Below the pieces are notes generated by a model that saw nothing but the letters and a program-made list of their open reading frames with translations, searched no databases and was not told the origin of the DNA. DNA of 62,572 nt, counting the filler, from a bacterium (GTDB lineage Bacteria; JBDRGX01): assembly GCA_043817485.1 (NCBI GenBank). It is 11 parts of 11 records of this genome, joined end to end, with 100 filler letters (N's around TTAATTAATTAA, not from the genome) between each part and the next. Parts side by side here need not be neighbours in the genome. Positions count along the whole stretch, not along the records: positions 51,234 to 57,760 come from JBDRGX010000020.1; positions 57,861 to 62,572 come from JBDRGX010000021.1; 9 more parts are not named here. One strand, given 5' to 3'. The position numbers and the translations under genes were made by a program. Every line of letters begins with the position of its first letter. The stretch's first letter is position 1. Positions 53,841 through 62,572 of the stretch are shown here, one piece after another.

Positions 53841-54725
53841 TTATTTCTGCATCAACATTTTTTTACAATTTATTGTTTTGTTATTTATAATTGTTTCATA
53901 AAAATACATTCCCGAGCTTACTTCTTTTCCTGAATTATCTCTTCCATCCCAATATACTGAATTATTTGCATTATTTGTAATTACTTCTCTAACTACTTGG
54001 CCTAATATATTGTATATTTTTATTTTAATATTTGAAATTGGAGATTTGTTGTTTGATAATTCTAATGGAATATAACATTCGGGATTAAATGGATTTGGGT
54101 AATTTAATGTATTCATTTTTGCATTATTTGTCATTTTACAAATAGAAGTTCCATCATCTTCAAGAACATTTATGCTTCCACTATTACCATCAGCCACATA
54201 TATTTTATCACCTAATACATACAACACTTCTGGTTTATTTCCTACATTTATATTTGTGACTGCATTATTATTTCCTGTATCTATGATTGAAATACTATTA
54301 TCATTACTATTAGATACATATACTTTATTTTCTAATACACAAAATACTTTTGGTTTATCTCCAACAGTTATATTTGTGACAGCATTATTATTTGCTGTAT
54401 CTATTATCGAAACACTATTACTATGACTATTAGCTACATATATTTTATCACCTAAAACACAAAATGCTCTTGGATTATTTCCCACATTTATATTTGTCAC
54501 TGCATTATTATTTGCTGTATCTATTATCGAAATACTACTACTTCCACTATTAGCTACATATACTTTATTCTCTAATACACATAATGCTGTTGGCTCTAAT
54601 CCATTTACTTTATTTCCTCCAGGAATAAGATTTACATTATCAACAACTTTCCATTCTCCATAACTTATCTTCATTGTTATTACACATAATAAAATTACTA
54701 AACTCAAAATTATTCTTTTAAACAT
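53841..54725 (-). CDS. Secreted YVTN/YncE-repeat protein with NYPNPFNP C-terminal module
   Basis: AGGAGG RBS, signal peptide, three ~40-aa (120-bp) YVANS..SISIIDT.NN.V..I.VG..P repeats; C-terminal module 53841-54104. Confidence 0.85.
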   Translation of the reverse strand: MFKRIILSLVILLCVITMKISYGEWKVVDNVNLIPGGNKVNGLEPTALCVLENKVYVANSGSSSISIIDTANNNAVTNINVGNNPRAFCVLGDKIYVANSHSNSVSIIDTANNNAVTNITVGDKPKVFCVLENKVYVSNSNDNSISIIDTGNNNAVTNINVGNKPEVLYVLGDKIYVADGNSGSINVLEDDGTSICKMTNNAKMNTLNYPNPFNPECYIPLELSNNKSPISNIKIKIYNILGQVVREVITNNANNSVYWDGRDNSGKEVSSGMYFYETIINNKTINCKKMLMQK

Positions 54726-54789
54726 TTAAAAACCTCCTTTGAAATATTTTGCCATTAAAAATGACATTTTATTATCAACATTTATTAAA

Positions 54790-55890
54790 TTAAAAAAAAT
54801 TCTTTTTATTTTCTTTTAATTTTTCCCCTCTTAATTTAGCAAATTCTCTTAAAATATCTTTTTCTTTGTTAGTTAATCGAGTAGGAACTATTACATTTAT
54901 TTTTAGATATAAATCTCCTTTTCCATAACCTGATAAAATAGGCATTCCTTTATCTTTTAATCGCAAAACTTTACTATTTTGAATTTCTGAAGGAATTTTT
55001 ACTGTAGTTTTTCCTTCTAAAGTAGATATTTCAACCTCATCCCCTAATGAAGCTTGAGTAAAAGAAATATCAAGATTACAAGCAAGATTATTGCCAGATC
55101 TTTCAAAAACTGGATGTGTATTTACATAAATAACTACATATAAATTTCCTTTTTTTCCACCTCTTATTCCAGATTCTCCTTCTCCTTCTATTTTTAATTG
55201 ATTTCCAGTATCTATTCCTGCTGGAATATTTATTTCAAGAACTTTTTCCTGCATTACTCTTCCTTCCCCATTACATTTAAAACAAGGATTTTTAATTTTC
55301 ACTCCAGCACCTTGACAATGATTACATGTACGATTAATGCTAAAAAAACCTTGAGAATATGCAATTTGACCTTTCCCATGACATTGAGGACATGTTTCTT
55401 TTTTTGTTTCTGGACCAGATCCAGTCCCTTGACATTTATCACAAGTTTCCATTTTAGGAATTCTTATTTTTTTCTTTATTCCAAAAAAAGCTTCTTCTAA
55501 AGAAATTTTTATTTCATATTGAAGATCTCTACCTTTTTGAGTTCCTGTTCTGGATCGAGTAGAACGAGTCCCAAAAAAACCTTCAAATATATCAGAAAAA
55601 CTTCCTCCACTCCCTTCAAAAATATCTTCAAATCCTCTAAAATCTCCGTAATTATAAGAAGTTCCTTCAACACCACTATGTCCAAATTGATCATATTTTT
55701 GTTTTTTTTCTGAATTACTTAAAACAGCATAAGCTTCATTTATTTCTTTAAATTTTTCTTCTGCTTCTTTACTCCCAGAATTTTTATCGGGATGATATTT
55801 AAAAGCTAATTTTCTATATACTTGTTTAAGTTCATCAGGACTTACATTTTTATTTACACCCAAAACTTCATAATAATCTCTTTTTGTCAC
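54790..55890 (-). CDS. dnaJ: Chaperone DnaJ (GTG start at 55890)
   Basis: J domain HPD, four CxxCxGxG repeats. Confidence 0.96.
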   Translation of the reverse strand: MTKRDYYEVLGVNKNVSPDELKQVYRKLAFKYHPDKNSGSKEAEEKFKEINEAYAVLSNSEKKQKYDQFGHSGVEGTSYNYGDFRGFEDIFEGSGGSFSDIFEGFFGTRSTRSRTGTQKGRDLQYEIKISLEEAFFGIKKKIRIPKMETCDKCQGTGSGPETKKETCPQCHGKGQIAYSQGFFSINRTCNHCQGAGVKIKNPCFKCNGEGRVMQEKVLEINIPAGIDTGNQLKIEGEGESGIRGGKKGNLYVVIYVNTHPVFERSGNNLACNLDISFTQASLGDEVEISTLEGKTTVKIPSEIQNSKVLRLKDKGMPILSGYGKGDLYLKINVIVPTRLTNKEKDILREFAKLRGEKLKENKKNFF

Positions 55891-55965
55891 AAAAATACCC
55901 CTAATTAAATTTTTTGCAAAATGCAATTTATCATAATTAACAAAAAAAATAAATAAAAAAATTAT

Positions 55966-56250
55966 TTATTTTTCTTCTGGAACCATTTTAATTGCTTGTA
56001 TTTTAGAAGGACATTCTTTTACACAAATTCCACATCCTTTACAATGAAATAAATCTATTCCAGTCATTTTTCCATTTTCTACTTTAATAGAAGAATCTGG
56101 ACAATAAACCCAACAATTCAAACAATTAATACATTTTTCTTTATCCCAAATTGGTCTTGATGTTCGCCAATCACCAGTTTCGAAATTTTTTGAATTTCCT
56201 GCTTCTAAAATCAATGCTCCTATTTGTAAATCTTGCCATTTATCTTTCAT
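55966..56250 (-). CDS. porD: Pyruvate/2-oxoacid:ferredoxin oxidoreductase delta subunit
   Basis: TGDWR..RP, two CxxCxxCxxxCP. Confidence 0.92.
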   Translation of the reverse strand: MKDKWQDLQIGALILEAGNSKNFETGDWRTSRPIWDKEKCINCLNCWVYCPDSSIKVENGKMTGIDLFHCKGCGICVKECPSKIQAIKMVPEEK

Positions 56251-56828
56251 TCTACTATTACCTCCTCATAAGCTCTTTTAATAGCGTTTAAATTTCCTTC
56301 TATTACATCAAGTTTTGTTTTAAATTTTTTTTCTAATTTTTTTTGCGTATTTTTTAATAATTCTTCTATTTTTATTAAACCACTTATTTTAATTAAAGCA
56401 CCCATCATTGTGGTATTAGGAATTTCTTGGCCTAAACATTCTTTAGAAATTTTTGAAGCATCTATAGTAAAAATTTTTCTTCCTTCTATTTTATTTTTTT
56501 CTCTTAATTCTAATGGACTATTATGAGTATTTACTATTAAAATCCCATCTAAAGATAACCCAGATAACACATTTACTTTATTTATAAGAGTAGTATCTAA
56601 AACAACAACTATGCTTGGTTCAGTAATATGACAATGAAGTAAAATTGGAAAATCGCTTATTCTATTAAATGCTTGAACAGGTGCTCCCATTCGTTCTGGA
56701 CCATATTCTGGAAAAGCTTGAATATATTTTCCTTGCTCTAAAAGTGCCTCTCCAAATAAAAGAGCTGCTGTTTTAGCACCTTGTCCACCTCGTCCATGCC
56801 AACGAATTTCTATTAAATCAGCCATCAT
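56247..56828 (-). CDS. porG: Pyruvate/2-oxoacid:ferredoxin oxidoreductase gamma subunit
   Basis: EIRWHGRGGQGAKT, FPEYGPERMGAP, IPNT.M.GA. Confidence 0.92.
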   Translation of the reverse strand: MMADLIEIRWHGRGGQGAKTAALLFGEALLEQGKYIQAFPEYGPERMGAPVQAFNRISDFPILLHCHITEPSIVVVLDTTLINKVNVLSGLSLDGILIVNTHNSPLELREKNKIEGRKIFTIDASKISKECLGQEIPNTTMMGALIKISGLIKIEELLKNTQKKLEKKFKTKLDVIEGNLNAIKRAYEEVIVE

Positions 56829-56885
56829 CTCTCCTTTCATAATTTTGTTGAAAAATATATTATAAAAAAATTAAATTTATTTCGT

Positions 56886-56954
56886 TTTTACCAATATTTC
56901 GTTCCTACGAAACGAATATTCACAATGTCCTATAGGGATACAATGTCGGTAGAA
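56886..56954. repeat. Degenerate REP doublet
   Basis: accaatatttcgttcctacgaaacg and gtcctatagggatacaatgtcggta are inverted relatives; similar to 34260-34277. Confidence 0.5.
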
Positions 56955-57008
56955 ACATTCGAATTTATTTCAAATTGAAAATTTCAAATTTCAAATTTAT
57001 TTTATGTT

Positions 57009-57760
57009 TTATTTAAGCATCAACATCTTTTTACAATTTTGTGTTTTGTTGTCAACAATTGTTTCATAAAAATACATTCCCGATGAAACTTCTTTTCCTA
57101 AATTATCTCTTCCATCCCAATATACTGAATTATTTGCATTATTTGTAATCACTTCTCTGACTACTTGGCCAAGGATATTGTATATTTTTATTTTAATATT
57201 TTGTGATTTATTATTTGTTATTTCTAATGGGATATAACATTCGGGATTAAATGGATTTGGGTAATTCAATGTATTTTGCTTTATTATTTTTTCTTGATTT
57301 TCTGTTTTACTTTTTGGGGCTAATTTTATGGCTATTTCTTTTCCTATTTTATATATTTTTATCTTCTTTACATCTACAATATATATTTTATCCCCTTGTA
57401 CATCTATTCCTTTTATCTCTTCACTTACATCTACAACCATCTCCATATCTCCAAATTCGTTATAACAACTTAATACTCCATCTCTTACTACATATATCCT
57501 TTCTTGCTCATCAACTCGTATTTTACCTATATTCTCTATTTTTATTTCCTTTAATAATTTCAAACTCTTATCATATATCAAAACTCCTTTTTCTGTTCCT
57601 AAATATATTTTATCTTTATAACATATATCTTTTATTTCATTTATCCCCTGTATGACTTTCCTTTCTCCAATTTCATTTACAATTACAATTTCATTATCTT
57701 TAAATAATATTAACCCATTATCACATATTCCTATTCCTTTTGCTCCTGAATAATCATATT
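57009..57760 (-). CDS. 3' part of a paralog of the giant protein at 11730-17048, with NYPNPFNP module; 5' truncated
   Basis: Frame open to the contig edge; NEIVIVNEIGE.KVIQGI, KIRVDEQ.RIYVV, CYNEFGDMEM shared with the 11730 protein. Confidence 0.9.
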
Positions 57761-57860
57761 NNNNNNNNNNNNNNNNNNNNNNNNNNNNNNNNNNNNNNNN
57801 NNNNTTAATTAATTAANNNNNNNNNNNNNNNNNNNNNNNNNNNNNNNNNNNNNNNNNNNN

Positions 57861-58409
57861 AGAAAAAGAAACATTATATTTTTTTATAAGTAAATTTTCC
57901 ATTTCTAATGTTGGTAAAGGAGTGAATTTCAAAACGCAAGAACGAGAAATTATTGTTGGTAATAACATGCTTATATTTGTTGTAGTTAAAATTAAAAGCG
58001 AATCTCCTAATGGTTCTTCTAAAGTTTTAAGCAAACAATTTTGAGCAACTTCATTCATTTTATGAGCTTCAAGAATAATAGATACTTTTTTTTTTGCTAC
58101 AAAAGATTTGAATCCCATTTCTTTTTTAATTTTTCTAATAACATCAATTTTTATTATATCTTTTTCTTCTATTCTAATAATATCTGGATGAATATTTTTT
58201 TCAATACTTAAACAATGATTACATTTATCACAAAATCCAAACAAAGTATTTTCGCAATTTAAAGATTTAGCTAAAATCATAGCCATTGTTGTTTTACCAA
58301 CACCTTCTTGCCCTGAAAAAATATAAGCATGAGAAAGAGAATTTTTTTTCAAAGCATTTTCTAAAGTTTTTTTTACTATATCTTGCGAAATAATTTCTTC
58401 AAATAACAT
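57861..58409 (-). CDS. holB: DNA polymerase III delta' subunit, 3' truncated
   Basis: HAYIFSG..GVGK, C..C..C, HPD, AQNCLLKTLEEP, LPTIISRS. Confidence 0.88.
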
Positions 58410-58452
58410 ATTAAATCCTAATTTCTAAAATAATAAATAATTATATCATTTT

Positions 58453-61284
58453 TTAATAATCATTTGGATGTTTTTTAATAAGAACTATAAAAGAAATCAT
58501 AGCAAAAAGAATAAGAAGTATTGGAATAAAAAATAATTTTGTTACTAAATAATACAAAAAAATTGAAAAATAACACCAACATAATGTTTTAATTTGCAAA
58601 GAATCTTGTTTTTCTAATACACTTTTAAATTTTTCTTTTGCATTTTTAAATTTTGATTTTTTAACTAATTCTATTCCATTTAAATAATTAGCCTTATTTA
58701 TTCCTTCTATTGCTTCTTTTGAATCTTTATTTATTTCTAATGCTTTTGTGAAAAATACAATAGAATTTTCCCATTCCCTTTTTTTTAAACAAGAATTACC
58801 TTTGTTTAAAAATTCATTAATAATATCTTTAATTTTTTTACCACCATAAGTCATTTTTAAACATTCTATAGATGCATAATATTTTTCTTTTGCTTTTTCA
58901 TGATTAGGATTTATTTTTAATATTTCTTCAAATTCTTTAATTGCTTCTTGCCAATTTTCTTTTTTAAAGTATTTTACTCCTTGTTCATAATGTTTTTTTT
59001 CAATACTTTTTTTTTGAAGAATTTCTATTTCTTTTATTTTATTTCGAGCTTTTTGAAAAGAAAAATCAAAAACTAATACTTCTTCAAAATTTCCTCTTGC
59101 TTCTTGCCAATTTTGATCATTAATATTTTTCATTCCTTTATTATAATAAAAATTTGCTAATTCTATTTTTGTATTGCGTTTTAATAAATTTCTTCTTACT
59201 TCTTCTAAATATTTTTTTGCATTTTCATGATACGGATTTATTTGCAACACTTTTTTAAAAGCACTTAAAGCTTCTTGCCAATTATTTTCTTTAATTTTTT
59301 TTAATCCAAAATTAAAATATTGTTCAATTTCTTCTCTTGTTTTTTTATCATAAAAAGAAAAATATTTTTTTATCTCTTTTGTTTTTTCACAAGCCAATAT
59401 GTGATTTGAATCTAATTTTAAAATTTTTTCAAATTCTAATAAAGATTCTTCTAATTGATAATTTTCATATAAACTCATTGCTTTTTGACAAAGAATTTCT
59501 ATTTCCTTTTCTTTTTTTTTCTTTTCTTCTTCTAATTTTTTCAATCTTTCTATTTGTGCAATTTTTTGTTCTATTAAATTTACCATTTTTTTTGCTTCTA
59601 AATAATCTGCATCTACTTTTAATATTCTTTTACAAATTAAAAGAGATGATTGACATTTTCATTCATTATATTCTTTTGCTGCTTTATTAAACAAATCACT
59701 TATTTCTTGTTTTGTTAATAAAAGATCTGTTAACCCTAATAATTCAATTTGTTTTTCCACTAATAAAAGTTGTTCTTTAGCAGCAATATGATATGGTTTA
59801 AGAGAAATAATTTTTCTAAGTATTTCTAAAGATTTAATCCATTTTTCTTCTTTAATAAAAACAATTGCTTTTTTATATAAAATATCAAATGTTTTTTCCT
59901 GTTTAATTTCTTTCCAGTTTGCAATACGAGATGCACTTCCTTGAAACATTTCCCAAGAAATAGTATTTGTATTTATTTTTTGAGAAGTTGAAAAACACCA
60001 TAAATGTCTTTCACAAGATCCAACAAGTATTTCTGAATAACCATCACTATTAACATCTCCAACAACAACTCCAGAATTTATTGCTTCTCCTACTTTTATT
60101 TCCAAATTTATATTTCCTTCCCCATCTAATACATAAATAAAGCCATCGTAAGTCCCAACAATTATATCTAAACTATTATTTCCATTGAAATTTGCAATAG
60201 CTGAACCATCACAAATTTTTTGTTTTAATTCTTTTTTCCATATACTTGTCCCTAAAAAACTATTTAATAAAATAATTTCTCCATTTTCTAAAAAAACTAC
60301 AATTTCATCTTTTCCATCTTTATTGAAATCTCCAGAAATTGGAGAAGAACTAAAAGATTTTTTTGCATTATAAGACCATAATTTAGTACCATTACTTCCT
60401 CTAATAGAATAAATAATTTTATCCGAAAAAACAATTATATTTGTTTTTTCATCTTTATCAAAATTTATTATTGTAGAAGAAAGAAATATTTTTTGCCCAG
60501 AATTAAATGACCAAAGAGATTTTCCATTTTTCCCATTTAAAGCATAAACAAAACCATTACAAGAACTAACTATTATATCATCAATCATATCTTTATTAAG
60601 ATCTACTATTAAAGGAGATGAAATAATTTCTCCATTAGTATTAAATGTCCATTGAATTTTCCCTTCTTTAGCATTTAAACATAAAACTTTTCCTTTTTGA
60701 GTAGCTATTATAATTTCAGGAAACCCACCATAATTTATATCTTTACATGCTGGAGAAGAAACAATTTCATCCCCACAAAATGTTTTCCAAAGCAATTTTC
60801 CATTAATTCCTTTTAGCCCATAAACATTTCCATCCTTTGAAGATATAATTACATCTAAAATTCCATCTTCATCTATATCTTTTAAACAAGGAGAAGACAT
60901 AATAGAATTATTAGTGCTAAATTTCCAAATAAAATTTCCTTTTGTTCCATTTACTGCATAAACTGTACCATCTGTTGAACTAATTATTGCTTCAATATTT
61001 CCATTATTATTTATATCTCCCAAAACAGGTGTATTAACTTTTCCAAAAGTCGTAGATTTCCACAAAAATGTAGATGTAGTTGAATTTACAAATAAATAAT
61101 TTAAGAAAAAATAACAAATCAAAATTTTTTTTATCAATTTAACACTCCTTTTCAATAGTGTCCAAAAACTTATAAATTTTAAATACATCATTTTAATATA
61201 ACTGAAAATAAATTTATTTTCTTTACAATATTTTTTAAATAATTTTTCTACTTTTAAAACATGGACAATTATATCTCTCTTCAT
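58453..61284 (-). CDS. FG-GAP/PQQ-like beta-propeller plus TPR protein with C-terminal TM, interrupted by an in-frame TGA at 59659-59661
   Basis: SSP...D.N.DG..DII..S.DG.VYA..G..G..LW repeats; ORFs 59659-61284 and 58453-59586 share a frame and the gap reads as TPR. Confidence 0.75.
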
Positions 61285-61286
61285 AA

Positions 61287-62195
61287 TTAAAAAATTTCTT
61301 TAAACACAACCTCTAATTTTTTATCAATATTGTCTGACAATTTCGTATGCGGAATATCTAAATGATCTAAAACAGTTTCAAATCTTTTGAACCCGCCATC
61401 ACTTCTTAATTCAATCCATTTAACTTTTCGGCTATTTAATTGTTTTTTATTTGTATCTGAAAGTTTATCTGCCACAAAAACCCTACTATCTCTTGCAATA
61501 ACTGCGTCTGCACTTTCTGGATTACCACAACCCATTAATTTAACTTCGCATTTGTATTGATTTTTCCCCTCAACTAAATAAAAATCAATCTCTCTTTCAA
61601 AATCACCTTTTGCAATTTCTTTGCCTTTTATTTTTAAGGAATAATTATTGTCAGAGACATCATATAATTTGCAGAGAGTCTGCATTAAAGGTTTTTCAAC
61701 TCTTTTGCCAGCAGCACTCCATAAGCCACCTCTCAACGCAGCTCTTTTTACTGCCAGTGTATTTATCACGATTAAACTTTCGCTAACATTCAAATCAACA
61801 CTCACTCCTTTAAATTTAATAGTTAATGTGAGTTCAATGTCCTCTGTATCTACAAAATTTTTAATCGCCTTATAAAGAGTATCATAATGTTCGTTTGAAG
61901 CGTCAATCACAATTTCCTTTGTTGAGGAATTAAACATATTGTGGATTGTCTTTTCGTTTAATCCTGAATTGATTGCAATGTCTCTTGCCGGTAAATCGGG
62001 ATTAAGAAATTCCTTTTTATACCAATCTGCTGTTATGCCTTTGTTTTTAAATTTTGCATCAACAATTTTCTTGAAAAAATCAATAGCAAATTGTAAAAAC
62101 TCGGCGTTAATAAGCGTTACGACTTCAATCCTATAATCCTCTCCTTTTAGTAACTTTTTAATTATATTTTTTGCGACTTGTTCTGTTATTGTCAT
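61287..62195 (-). CDS. Type II restriction endonuclease, CfrBI-like family
   Basis: RE.DF...CEVKLMG.GNPESAD PD-(D/E)xK core; RGG.WS.AGK..EK; family assignment from recall; overlaps the MTase stop. Confidence 0.75.
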   Translation of the reverse strand: MTITEQVAKNIIKKLLKGEDYRIEVVTLINAEFLQFAIDFFKKIVDAKFKNKGITADWYKKEFLNPDLPARDIAINSGLNEKTIHNMFNSSTKEIVIDASNEHYDTLYKAIKNFVDTEDIELTLTIKFKGVSVDLNVSESLIVINTLAVKRAALRGGLWSAAGKRVEKPLMQTLCKLYDVSDNNYSLKIKGKEIAKGDFEREIDFYLVEGKNQYKCEVKLMGCGNPESADAVIARDSRVFVADKLSDTNKKQLNSRKVKWIELRSDGGFKRFETVLDHLDIPHTKLSDNIDKKLEVVFKEIF

Positions 62196-62572
62196 ATTGT
62201 TCCTTTAATTGATTTAATAAAGTTTTCAAGGTCAACGAAACTTGGTTGACTATCTTTTAAATCAAACAAATTATTGCTTTTATTTAATTCTTCCTTAATC
62301 CTATTAATATATTTTGATTCTTTTTCGGTAAGAAAAAAGTGACGATTTAAACTTAAGGCTGCTCGTCCAAGTGTGCCACTACCAGCGAATGGATCAAAAA
62401 TCAAATCACCGATAAAAGAATAATATTTAACTACTCTGTTGCATAATTCCAGCGGAAAAACAGCGCTATGAATTTTATCAAATGTCGGGTCAATACGCCA
62501 AACATTTGTCGTTTCGTATTTATCTAACACTTTACTTTTTTTAACTTTATCCCAGCTATATTGCTGAATATT
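62192..62572 (-). CDS. N4-C/N6-A DNA methyltransferase (beta class), C-terminal part
   Basis: NVW.I.P...H.AVFP.EL, DPFAGSGT; frame open to window end. Confidence 0.9.
   Translation of the reverse strand, partial: NIQQYSWDKVKKSKVLDKYETTNVWRIDPTFDKIHSAVFPLELCNRVVKYYSFIGDLIFDPFAGSGTLGRAALSLNRHFFLTEKESKYINRIKEELNKSNNLFDLKDSQPSFVDLENFIKSIKGTI

Noticed and set aside
54190..54590. Regular 120-bp repeats as a possible CRISPR array
   Set aside because: In-frame YVTN protein repeats with no unique spacers; no CRISPR array or cas gene seen anywhere in the window
59659..59661. Genetic code 25/4 (UGA sense) or selenocysteine
   Set aside because: TGA is the normal stop of several conserved genes here; no redox motif or evident SECIS

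Overview
This is not one locus. It is 11 assembly contigs joined by ten 100-bp N/TTAATTAATTAA linkers (9298-9397, 11543-11642, 20522-20621, 24709-24808, 28127-28226, 32823-32922, 37667-37766, 47134-47233, 51134-51233, 57761-57860), so gene adjacency across linkers is meaningless. Nine contigs come from a very AT-rich, probably anaerobic diderm bacterium. They carry housekeeping genes (speD-speE-decarboxylase, ubiX-mqnE, proB, ftsW-murD, icd, porA and porG-porD, recO-holA, glgC-glgA, rpe-hisI-ligA-pdxA-mutS, udp, xseAB, three tRNAs, wecB, dnaJ, holB), a CfrBI-like restriction-modification pair, and many REP/MITE/heptamer repeats. Contig 47234-51133 is clearly archaeal (archaeal uS13, single-OB SSB, Cbf5, intron-containing tRNA-Ser, AglB-like domain), and 9398-11542 is probably archaeal too. 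The most notable signal is a family of four secreted-type proteins with three unrelated cargo types that share a near-identical ~85-aa C-terminal FlgD/T9SS-like module (NYPNPFNPECYIP...CKKMLMxK). Two of them sit behind an identical 139-bp upstream segment that ends at a perfect 13-3-13 palindrome. This could be a cargo-shuffling or promoter-switching system, or an amplification/assembly artefact; at least one clear chimera (leuS) is present. Other leads are a box C/D-like motif pair in the 82-nt tRNA intron, a MITE carrying tandem NrdR-box-like sites, a structured speD leader, and recurrent Gly-to-Cys/stop changes. All calls come from reading the sequence; no database searches were run.
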